The notes under the pieces: generated by a model
Seen by the model: only the letters and a program-made list of their open reading frames with translations
Database searches by the model: none
What the model was told of the DNA's origin: nothing
DNA from: Granulosicoccaceae bacterium
GTDB lineage: Bacteria > Pseudomonadota > Gammaproteobacteria > Granulosicoccales > Granulosicoccaceae
Length of the DNA: 32,000 bases
Direction: 5' to 3'
Assembly (NCBI GenBank): GCA_965222695.1
Contig: OZ244967.1
Coordinates: forward strand, 2,084,397 to 2,116,396
Part shown: one piece after another, positions 1-7,998 of the stretch
How positions within the stretch are numbered: position 1 is the stretch's first letter
Layout of the letters: each line of letters opens with the position of its first letter
Position numbers and translations under genes: made by a program

Positions 1-330
1 CGACAACATCAGATAAGCACCCAAAGCACCTATAAATGCCGGCGCGATGGCATTGTCCCAGCCTGAAGATGTGCCTACCTTGATTGCCATAAAAGAAGTC
101 ACTGCTACCCAGACAAATACCGCTAACATCGGTGTGCGTTTGCGGCGCTTGTGACCTGCTTTCGATTTTGCGGTGCGATCCACTGGATAAGGCCTAGCGG
201 GACGGATATTCTCACCCAACGGACTTTCTTCAGACAACGGAGAGAAACAATACTCACATTCGGTATGGTGGGTATATCGTGATTTGACCGGGGCGCCACA
301 ATTGGGGCACTCGCGTGGAATTAACGGCAT
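1..330 (-). CDS. hypothetical zinc-ribbon membrane protein (N-terminal 110 codons; gene runs off the left edge)
   Basis: Hand translation of the minus strand from the ATG at 330 gives MPLIPRECPNCGAPVKSRYTHHTECEYCFSPL (CxxC...CxxC). This is followed by a basic stretch KSKAGHKRRKR and hydrophobic segments MLAVFVWVAVTSFMAI and APAFIGALGAYLML. There is no stop down to position 1. It is absent from the ORF track because no stop lies inside the window. Confidence 0.45.
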   Translation of the reverse strand, partial: MPLIPRECPNCGAPVKSRYTHHTECEYCFSPLSEESPLGENIRPARPYPVDRTAKSKAGHKRRKRTPMLAVFVWVAVTSFMAIKVGTSSGWDNAIAPAFIGALGAYLMLS

Positions 331-452
331 ATTCTTGTGTCCGGGTAATCTCGCTTTTGATTATATGGGAAGCCAGGGTTGCCGGATTGTACTTTATTGA
401 TAATTTACATTCCAACGGATAAAAGCCTTGATGACGAGTAATCTTCGATGGT

Positions 453-1280
453 TTAACCCCATTTCAATCCGATCGATCGCTTGCCCATAATTCGGCCGTC
501 AAACAATGGTTCGGCAGGTTGAAATTCAGCCCCGCCTGCTGCACCAAGGCACACATGCAGTGGCAAGAGATGCTCTTCCCGGGGGTGAACAAAGCGGGCG
601 TTCGGGGCATTTCGCCAGTGAATCAGACTGTTCCTGCTCTGTTCATAGTTCACAATCGGCGAGCAACAGGATTCGAGCAGCCATTGTTGAAACTCTGAAT
701 TCAGCTGATCATCCGAGTCCATATTCGAGTTGAACAACACCCGAAGATTGTGAAATGACATACCGGATCCGATAATCAGTACGCCTTCTCGCCTAAGCGT
801 TGTGAGGGCCTCTCCCAGCAATATATGTTTCTCAGCGTCCAGATCATTGAGAAGCGATAGCTGAACACATGGAATATCCGCTTCCGGAAAGATGATTTTC
901 AACGGAACAAACATGCCATGATCAAATCCGCGGGCGCCATCCAGACTCGACTCTATACCGTACTTATCCAGCAATCGATAAATCCTGTGGGCCAACTCCG
1001 TATTGCCAGGCGCCGGATATTTGATGTCGTAGGCTTCTTCCGCAAATCCATAATAATCATAGACCAGGTCAGGAACGGAGCTTTCGGTGATTGTTGCAAC
1101 AGGTGCCTCCCAATGAGCGCTGATCAACAAAATCGATCGTGGGGTTGCAATTGATGCCGGAATTTCAGCCAATGCCTGATTCATCGCAAGATGATTCCGA
1201 TCATTCAGCAGCGGTAAAGGGCCTCCGCCATGCGGAATATAAAGCACCGGCATCAAGGCCTTGGAATCGGGGCGAATCAT
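453..1280 (-). CDS. class III (LigB-type) extradiol ring-cleavage dioxygenase, YgiD / 4,5-DOPA dioxygenase-like
   Basis: 275-aa ORF with family-typical blocks: YIPHGGGP near the N-terminus, ISAHWE, FDHGMFVPL and GSGMSFHNL. It starts 35 nt downstream of the ferredoxin reductase stop on the same strand. Confidence 0.8.
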   Translation of the reverse strand: MIRPDSKALMPVLYIPHGGGPLPLLNDRNHLAMNQALAEIPASIATPRSILLISAHWEAPVATITESSVPDLVYDYYGFAEEAYDIKYPAPGNTELAHRIYRLLDKYGIESSLDGARGFDHGMFVPLKIIFPEADIPCVQLSLLNDLDAEKHILLGEALTTLRREGVLIIGSGMSFHNLRVLFNSNMDSDDQLNSEFQQWLLESCCSPIVNYEQSRNSLIHWRNAPNARFVHPREEHLLPLHVCLGAAGGAEFQPAEPLFDGRIMGKRSIGLKWG

Positions 1281-1315
1281 GTCAAAACCTTAATCGTTGT
1301 ACGGAGATACAGCGT

Positions 1316-2566
1316 CTACATTGAGTTTTGGGGTCCGACAGCCAGGGATTTTAAATTACATTCGGAGTCCGACACCTGATCACGACTGGGTGAAATGCGC
1401 TGAGCAATCAGTTTTCTACCCGCCATATGGTCGCGGGCGTGATTGATGGAATCAATTGCAATCAGGGCATCATCCCGATAGTGAAAGACTGAAAAACTGC
1501 CGCTTTTCGGGTCCCCTCTGATGACAAAATCGGTCGGATTAATCGACAGACCTACCATTTGCAGTTTAATGTCGCCTTGATCAGACCAAAACCAGGGTAC
1601 GGCCCTGTAAGAAACATCTTGACCTGTCAATACTTTTGCAACGACTCTTGCCTGATCTGTCGCATTCTGAATGGATTCCAGACGCAGCGCTGCGCCACCG
1701 CCAAAAGGATTAGGATGCAGTGCACAGTCACCAATCGCAAAAACCGACTCGTTTGATGTCCGCAGTTGACGGTCTACTACAATACCGTGTTCGCATTTTA
1801 GTCCCGCAGCCTCCGCAACTTCAATGTTCGGCAGCACTCCCACACCCACGACCAGCAAATCACACGCGTACCTTTGCCCATCCTTGCAGACCACTTCCGC
1901 AACTCGGTCGGCCCTGCCTTCAATAGCGGTGACATTGACACTTGTCTCAATATTGATTCCTTTATTGCGATGTGATTGAAGTACGTATTCAGAGATATCG
2001 GGGGAAACTGATCGGCCCATAACCCTTTGCGCAGCTTCCAGTACAGTTACAGATTTGCCCAGTGCATGCGCCGCAACAGCAAACTCCAAGCCGATAAATC
2101 CGGCCCCGATTACCACGACCGAGTGACAGTGGTCCAGTTGGTTCCGGATATTTCGGGCATCTTCCAGAGTCCGTATAACTTCTACCCCCGCCTGATCCAT
2201 TCCCCTTACAGGCAATAGTCTTGCCCGTGTGCCACTTGCAATAATCAGATGATCATAGGAATAGCTTGAATCCGAGGTCACAACTTTTTTGCTAACGCAG
2301 TCAAGTGACTCAACATTTTTCGAACGCAACAGAGAAATTCTGTTATCGGCGTAAAATTTTTCAGGCCGCAGCCATAATTGCCGATCAGTTGTGCGCCCTT
2401 TGATATAGTCTTTGGACAGCGGAGGCCGCTGATAAGGCAAGTCCGCTTCTGCACCGATCAGAGTAATATCTCCCTTATAGTTTTCTGATCGCAAAAACGC
2501 GGCAGCGTTAAAACCTGCGTGGCCTGCGCCTATTATAACAACCTCGCCACTGGTCACGATTGGCAT
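1316..2566 (-). CDS. FAD-dependent NAD(P)H:ferredoxin reductase (putidaredoxin/rubredoxin reductase-like)
   Basis: 416 aa with two dinucleotide-binding motifs, VVIIGAGHAG and VVVIGAGFIGLE, plus AIGDCA. Its ATG at 2566 lies inside the last codons of the ferredoxin gene (13-nt overlap). Confidence 0.85.
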   Translation of the reverse strand: MPIVTSGEVVIIGAGHAGFNAAAFLRSENYKGDITLIGAEADLPYQRPPLSKDYIKGRTTDRQLWLRPEKFYADNRISLLRSKNVESLDCVSKKVVTSDSSYSYDHLIIASGTRARLLPVRGMDQAGVEVIRTLEDARNIRNQLDHCHSVVVIGAGFIGLEFAVAAHALGKSVTVLEAAQRVMGRSVSPDISEYVLQSHRNKGINIETSVNVTAIEGRADRVAEVVCKDGQRYACDLLVVGVGVLPNIEVAEAAGLKCEHGIVVDRQLRTSNESVFAIGDCALHPNPFGGGAALRLESIQNATDQARVVAKVLTGQDVSYRAVPWFWSDQGDIKLQMVGLSINPTDFVIRGDPKSGSFSVFHYRDDALIAIDSINHARDHMAGRKLIAQRISPSRDQVSDSECNLKSLAVGPQNSM

Positions 2567-2874
2567 TCCGGCAGAGTAATCACAATGCCGTCAAGCGCCT
2601 CCGTGAGTTGAATCTGACAACCGAGTCTGCTGTTGGCTTTGCGGACATCGGCTGTACAATCGAGCATCTCTTCTTCCATTTCGTCTGCTTCCGGAATCTG
2701 TTCCAGGTACGCTTCTTCCACGTAGCAGTGGCAGGTGGCGCACATGCAGGACCCCCCGCATTCCGCCTCAATACCGTCTACCCCATTTTGAACAGCGGCT
2801 TCCATTACTGAAATCCCGGAATCGACATCCATTGTCTTCTCGGTTCCGTTATGCTCAACAAACGTTATTTTCAT
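2554..2874 (-). CDS. [2Fe-2S] ferredoxin, adrenodoxin/putidaredoxin type
   Basis: 106 aa. Cys ligand pattern CGGSCMCATCHC (C-x5-C-x2-C) plus a distal LGCQ. Acidic surface typical of vertebrate-type ferredoxins. AGGAG lies upstream of the ATG. Confidence 0.9.
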   Translation of the reverse strand: MKITFVEHNGTEKTMDVDSGISVMEAAVQNGVDGIEAECGGSCMCATCHCYVEEAYLEQIPEADEMEEEMLDCTADVRKANSRLGCQIQLTEALDGIVITLPECQS

Positions 2875-3042
2875 TTTTTGCCATTATCTCCTGTCGCTTC
2901 AATCTAAACGGATATGCAGCATCGGATTCTACCTGAATCCAAACCATTCACCTATTCCGCATCGATTGATGGCACACGTCACCGAATCGCTGAAACACCT
3001 TATTGATCAAGGTACCGGGATTTTGTCAGGACCCTGGGGGCT

Positions 3043-3990
3043 TTAATAGGAATCCAAATCCGGCTTACGTGTTTTAAATTCCTGATAGGCCAATGTCCAT
3101 GTTTTTGATTTATTTTGGTTCTTAGAGCTCTTCGATGCTCGGAAATGACCACACAGCCGGCAAAACTGGTTCAGTTGCCCGCGCATCTCTCCATAAGCTT
3201 TATCAAGCTCCTTGGTACCGAGATTTTTCCCGAACACTCTGTCTATGCCTCCAGCCACAGCGCAGGGGTAATAGCCGTAAGGCGTCAAGCCCACTCCGCA
3301 TTTTTCGATAATACTGCAACCATGAGAGAAATCGGTATTTTCGTATAATTTTGAATCGACAGGCGCCAGATTGAATGAATTAAACAGAGGTTCAGCGCCT
3401 CGCGTGGTGCTCGAATCAATCACATGAATAAAGTCAGGCAATGTATCCAGCACCTGGCGCACTTTTTTTCCATCGCCGTTGGTCCAAAGCTCAAGACGAG
3501 TCGCGGGGGAAAATTCATCGATATAGGTCTTGAGAATCCCGATGATTTCGTTGATCTGCGGGTGCATCGTCGGCTCGCCTCCAAGCAACTTGATCACTTC
3601 CCAGCGAATATGGCTTTGTCGACTCTCACTCACAAATTTTTGCACCTGTTCAGTCGACATATCGAGATTTGATTTTGCTTGACCCACACCGACTGAGCGG
3701 TTGCAGTTGGCACAGGCAAGATTGCAACGATAAGTGATATCCAGTTCTATCTTGGTTTTACTCGGCCTGTAACCGTAACCGAAAAGCTTAACCATAAATT
3801 TCCGGCTACGCACAAACAGATAGGCATATTCGGTTGCTCTGTATATTTCCTTAAGAAGGTTGATTACGTCTTGCTGAGAAGTGAAATTCTGTTTACGAAT
3901 AGCACGGTACGTCGTGCCTTTAATATTTCCGAGTAACTTCTGTATCATTTTTCTTGTACTTTTCACCACTGAAATTGCCGCTTTCAGCAT
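3043..3990 (-). CDS. radical SAM protein of unassigned function, with a Cys-rich C-terminal region
   Basis: Contains YRCNLACANC (CX3CX2C) at residues 89-96, LLGGEPTMHP (GGE SAM motif) and WTNG. The C-terminal Cys pattern is GCSIIEKCGVGLTPYGYYPC ... FCRLCGHF. The start is uncertain: ATG at 3990, or internal Met codons at 3948 or 3795. Confidence 0.8.
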   Translation of the reverse strand: MLKAAISVVKSTRKMIQKLLGNIKGTTYRAIRKQNFTSQQDVINLLKEIYRATEYAYLFVRSRKFMVKLFGYGYRPSKTKIELDITYRCNLACANCNRSVGVGQAKSNLDMSTEQVQKFVSESRQSHIRWEVIKLLGGEPTMHPQINEIIGILKTYIDEFSPATRLELWTNGDGKKVRQVLDTLPDFIHVIDSSTTRGAEPLFNSFNLAPVDSKLYENTDFSHGCSIIEKCGVGLTPYGYYPCAVAGGIDRVFGKNLGTKELDKAYGEMRGQLNQFCRLCGHFRASKSSKNQNKSKTWTLAYQEFKTRKPDLDSY

Positions 3991-4224
3991 TGGCGAAGCA
4001 GAGGGACTATAGGGAACGCCTCTTATTCAGTGATATTATTTGTGGTTATTAAACGTTTCGGCGCCGTTTTATTGACGAAAATTCGGGTCTTGTAATTAAA
4101 CTATGCAAGCGGATGAAAAACAATACGATGAAGAGGAAATTGCTGGGTAGTTCTACTTACTCCCATGAAAAATATCGATTAGCGAACCCCAGGTGCGGTA
4201 CGGAATACCGATATGGCTCAGAGA

Positions 4225-4244
4225 TTTCCCGAAACTTCGGGAAA
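4225..4244. repeat. perfect 9-bp inverted repeat with 2-bp centre: TTTCCCGAA-AC-TTCGGGAAA
   Basis: Read directly from the sequence. It lies in the spacer between the radical SAM gene and the HAD gene. Confidence 0.6.
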
Positions 4245-4276
4245 AGTGTAATTTGTTGATATTTTCAATATATTTC

Positions 4277-4305
4277 AATAAATTAAATAAGATATTTAAT
4301 TTATT
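4277..4305. repeat. perfect 13-bp AT-only inverted repeat: AATAAATTAAATA-aga-TATTTAATTTATT
   Basis: Read directly from the sequence. It sits inside a stretch of about 150 bp that is almost pure A/T (4255-4400). Confidence 0.6.
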
Positions 4306-4553
4306 TTCTTTTTATAAATATCAATGATTTATTTCATATACCTATAAATTAGTTCAGTAGTATTGCTTATATAGATAATAAATTTAAAATTATCACCGTT
4401 TAGTTTTTGTATTTTGATGTACAGACACAAACCAAAGAATTGACCAGGCCCGTTGTAATTCTGCACACCAAGGATAAAACACCAGAAAACATAAGGATGA
4501 TCGGCAGATTGTGCTTATGCTAATCTGAGAATTTTGAAGAACTGTAGCCCCTC

Positions 4554-5171
4554 ATGCCGTTACGCCACAAAAAGCACTTTATCTTCGATATGGATGGTAC
4601 TCTGACGCTGGCAGTACATGACTTTGATGCCATGCGTAGACGTCTGGGCCTGCCGCCGAACCAGCCGATTCTGGAATCTATCGGCAATCGGTCGGCTAAA
4701 GAGCAAGCGCAACTGCACGAGCGATTGAACAGGCTGGAAACCGGCTATGCCGAAAACGCGGAACAACAACCTTTTGCGGATGCATTGCTTTCTTATCTTG
4801 CGGCTTGCGGCGCATCACTCGGCATACTTACCCGCAACAGTGTGCCGCTGGCGAAGATAACTCTGGCATCTTGCGGCCTTTTGAAATATTTCAAACCTGA
4901 AAACATCATAGGCAGGGAAAATATCGAGCCTAAGCCCAATCCGGCAGGTATAGCTTATCTATTGCAAGCCTGGAATGCGGAAAAACAGGACTGCGTGATA
5001 ATCGGCGATTTCATGTTTGATTTAAAGGCCGGGCGGGCGGCTGGTATAACGACCGTTCATCTTGCCACCGATGGTGACTTTGCCTGGCCGGAGTTGACGG
5101 ATATTGCGGTTACCGGGCTTGATGAAATTCTACTGGCAGCCGGTGGTTTGATTCACACGCAGGTTCCTTAA
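4554..5171 (+). CDS. HAD-superfamily hydrolase (phosphatase, subfamily IA-like)
   Basis: 205 aa. Motif I is FDMDGTLT, motif II is LTRNS, and motif IV is IIGDFMFDLKAG. Confidence 0.85.
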   Translation: MPLRHKKHFIFDMDGTLTLAVHDFDAMRRRLGLPPNQPILESIGNRSAKEQAQLHERLNRLETGYAENAEQQPFADALLSYLAACGASLGILTRNSVPLAKITLASCGLLKYFKPENIIGRENIEPKPNPAGIAYLLQAWNAEKQDCVIIGDFMFDLKAGRAAGITTVHLATDGDFAWPELTDIAVTGLDEILLAAGGLIHTQVP

Positions 5172-5656
5172 TGCACAAGCGTCCTGAGTCGGCCCATCCT
5201 CAACTGACCATTCGGCATGGAATATCTCAGGATATGACGGCCATATCGGATTTACTGTTTCGCTGCTGTCTTCCGGTCGATGACATACCTGTCTGCAATC
5301 CCGAACACTTCATCCTGGCTTTGGACGGGCCGGTTTTGATCGCTTGCGGAGGGCTGGAAATTTTTCAGCGAAACGCACTGCTCAGATCTTTGGCCGTAAC
5401 ACACAAATACCGGGCTAAAGGTATCGGGCTTACCCTGTTGAATGAATTGGAAAAGCTGGCCGTTCAAGCCGACGTCCGCACCCTGTATTTGCTAACGGAC
5501 AGTGCCGAGTCATGGTTTAGCAACAATGGCTTTAACCCGATTAAGAGACACCAGGCACCCACAACCATCCGCGATACAAAACAATTTACCGCGATTTGCC
5601 CGGATTCAGCGGTGCTGATGAAGAAGAACATCCAACGCAACGGGATCCCGCTATGA
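5171..5656 (+). CDS. GNAT N-acetyltransferase, ArsN2-like
   Basis: 161 aa with the acetyl-CoA binding block LRSLAVTHKYRAKGIGLTLL. The C-terminal pattern LYLLTDSAESWF...APTTIRDTKQFTAICPDSAVLMKK matches, from memory, the ArsN2-type GNAT family. The start overlaps the HAD stop by 1 nt (TAATG). Confidence 0.7.
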   Translation: MHKRPESAHPQLTIRHGISQDMTAISDLLFRCCLPVDDIPVCNPEHFILALDGPVLIACGGLEIFQRNALLRSLAVTHKYRAKGIGLTLLNELEKLAVQADVRTLYLLTDSAESWFSNNGFNPIKRHQAPTTIRDTKQFTAICPDSAVLMKKNIQRNGIPL

Positions 5657-5726
5657 AGCAGAAGATGAAGCTACGACCTGGCAGCGGACCACAGCGATTT
5701 TAAAAGAGCATATCGGCTAAAGAGAA

Positions 5727-7910
5727 TTATCGTACTACCCGCTCGACTTCGAGAATATTGTGCAATTGCCTTAATTTATCCATCACTTTGGCCAGTTGTT
5801 TCAGATTGTCGATTTCGAAAGTGATTCTTATGCTCGCAGTTTGTTCCGCCAGATCAGACTGACTGTTCACCGAGGTCACACTGATTTTCTCGTTGGTCAA
5901 CACGTCGGTCACATCGCGCAACAGCCCTTGTCGATCATAGGCTAAGATCCGGATTTCGGCGGAGTAGGTTTGATTCGACTCCTGACCCCAGTCCACATCG
6001 ATCAGACGCACCTGATCCTCCGCCGGCAAATTAAGGATGTTCTTGCAATCGCTGCGATGAACGGTCACCCCTTTACCCCGTGTAATAAAACCGATGATCG
6101 AGTCGAACGGCACCGGCCTGCAACAAGGTGCAATCTGAGTCAAAAGGCTGCCGACACCGCGGACATTGATATCATTTTTGCCGCTTGAAGCTTGCCGGAC
6201 CCTCTTGCGTTTGAACAGTTGCAGCTGGCCACGGGAATGATCTTCCAACTGGCTAAAGGCGCCTACCAGTTGCGCCAGAGTGACTTCGTTGCGCCCAACC
6301 GCGATATAAAGTTTATCCAGCTTATCGAAGTGCAAATGCTTCATCAGCTTCTCGTGCGCGATATCCGATGCCTGCATCCGTTTGAGTTCGCGCTCGATAA
6401 TCAGCTTTCCATCACCCTTGTGCTGCTCCTGATCCTGTTGATTAAACCAGGCCCGGACTTTAGCCCTGGCTCGGCCGGATATTAAAAATCCCAATTCTTT
6501 ATTAAGCCAGTCACGCCGGGGAGCGGCCTGTTTCGACGTCAGAATTTCGACCTGATCCCCGTTTTCCAGCCGTTGCGCCAGGGGCACAATCCTACCGTTG
6601 ACTTTGGCGCCACGACATCTGTGCCCGATTTCCGTGTGGATTTGATAGGCGAAATCAAGCGGGGTCGCACCGGCAGTCAAATCCACTACGTCCCCGGCAG
6701 GGGTAAAGACAAATACCCTGTCATTGAATACCTCGGTGGCAACAGATTCTAAAAATGAATCTTCATCAGGATTATCAAGTAATTGTCGTAAATTATTAAT
6801 ATTTCTCTGTAATCTTTTATCCTGTTGCCCACCCTCCTTATAATGCCAATGGGCGGCTACCCCCAGTTCCGCATCGTCGTTCATTTGATGAGTTCTTATC
6901 TGCACTTCCACCGCTCTGCCGTCGGGTCCGTATACGGCTGTATGCAGCGACTGATATCCGTTTTCCTTCGGATTGGCGACATAATCGTCAAACTCCCGGG
7001 GAATATGTGTCCAGGCGCTGTGTACCGCTCCAAGAACGGCATAACATTCCTGTGTGTTGTTGACCAGAACCCGTACCGCCCGCACATCAAACAGATCTGA
7101 AAAGTCCAGGCGTTTGCGTTTCATTTTCATCCAGATACTGTAGATATGCTTCGGCCTGCCGTAGACTTTTCCGCCGATGATACCCAGCTCACGCAGCTTT
7201 TTCGTCATAATGGCGACGAAATCATGAATATAGGCCTCGCGGTCTTCACGGCGTTCTTCCAGTGCCCTGGCAATGCGTTTATAAGCCTCGGGTTCGAGGA
7301 TGCGGAAAGCCAGATCTTCCATCTCCCATTTCAGCTGGGCTACTCCAAGCCGATTGGCCAAGGGTGCATACAGATCCAGAGTTTCCCGGGCGATTCGCCT
7401 GCGTTCGTTTTCTTCGAGCTTTCGGAGAAAAGGCATGCGCTGCGCTCGAAAGGCCAGGCGAACCAGTACCGCGCGTACGTCATCGACCATGGACAAAACC
7501 ATGCGCCTGAGGATTTCGGTCTGCTGACTGGCAAATCCGCCTGAAGCCTCGGGCTGCGGGTGTTTGGAGACGATCAGCGCATTCAACCAGCGTACGCTTT
7601 CGACCAGACGGCCTATTCTTTCCCCGTAAATTTTATGGACGTCCGAAGTCTGCAGATATTCGGCACAGAGATAGGAACCCAAAATCGCCGCAACCACGGT
7701 TTCCGCGTCCACATTCAGGCTTTTCAATCTGGCCGCCACGGAAACAGGGTCCGGTAAATAGTCCGGGCCTTTCTCCGGCAGAGACCATAAATACTCCAAA
7801 GCCTGTCGAATCTGTGCGATTTCCCGGCTGCTGTAACCCACCGCCAGAATCTGCATGGCCTGCTCGACGGAAGAATACTGATCGTGCCAATTATTTTGTG
7901 TGGATTTCAT
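5727..7910 (-). CDS. relA: GTP pyrophosphokinase ((p)ppGpp synthetase I)
   Basis: 727 aa. Synthetase block GRPKHIYSIWMKMKRK, TGS region VFVFTPAGDVVDLTAGATPLDFAYQIHTEIGHRCRGAKVNGRIVPL, and a C-terminal ACT-like domain. I could not recognise the H-x-HD hydrolase signature in the N-terminal domain, which favours RelA over SpoT. Confidence 0.9.
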   Translation of the reverse strand: MKSTQNNWHDQYSSVEQAMQILAVGYSSREIAQIRQALEYLWSLPEKGPDYLPDPVSVAARLKSLNVDAETVVAAILGSYLCAEYLQTSDVHKIYGERIGRLVESVRWLNALIVSKHPQPEASGGFASQQTEILRRMVLSMVDDVRAVLVRLAFRAQRMPFLRKLEENERRRIARETLDLYAPLANRLGVAQLKWEMEDLAFRILEPEAYKRIARALEERREDREAYIHDFVAIMTKKLRELGIIGGKVYGRPKHIYSIWMKMKRKRLDFSDLFDVRAVRVLVNNTQECYAVLGAVHSAWTHIPREFDDYVANPKENGYQSLHTAVYGPDGRAVEVQIRTHQMNDDAELGVAAHWHYKEGGQQDKRLQRNINNLRQLLDNPDEDSFLESVATEVFNDRVFVFTPAGDVVDLTAGATPLDFAYQIHTEIGHRCRGAKVNGRIVPLAQRLENGDQVEILTSKQAAPRRDWLNKELGFLISGRARAKVRAWFNQQDQEQHKGDGKLIIERELKRMQASDIAHEKLMKHLHFDKLDKLYIAVGRNEVTLAQLVGAFSQLEDHSRGQLQLFKRKRVRQASSGKNDINVRGVGSLLTQIAPCCRPVPFDSIIGFITRGKGVTVHRSDCKNILNLPAEDQVRLIDVDWGQESNQTYSAEIRILAYDRQGLLRDVTDVLTNEKISVTSVNSQSDLAEQTASIRITFEIDNLKQLAKVMDKLRQLHNILEVERVVR

Positions 7911-7998
7911 TAACTCAAGCTACAACGTCAAAGCGTGCTGAATGGCCGGCGTTCGGAACTCATCAGACTCTCTGCAAAGGCCGGACCGAATCGACTGG

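Noticed and set aside
2929-2982. A 17-codon minus-strand ORF (GTG start, VTCAINRCGIGEWFGFR) lies in the gap between the radical SAM and ferredoxin genes. It was considered as a possible RiPP precursor.
   Set aside because: It has a GTG start, and the only AGGTG is 13 nt upstream, which is too far. It has no leader-like region. ORFs of this length arise by chance in any 168-nt gap.
3043-3990. The radical SAM gene could be the missing pqqE.
   Set aside because: It is too short (315 aa, against the roughly 370-390 aa I recall for PqqE). The cluster motif sits at residue 89 rather than near the N-terminus. It lacks a full SPASM Cys set. It is 15 kb away on the other strand in a different operon.
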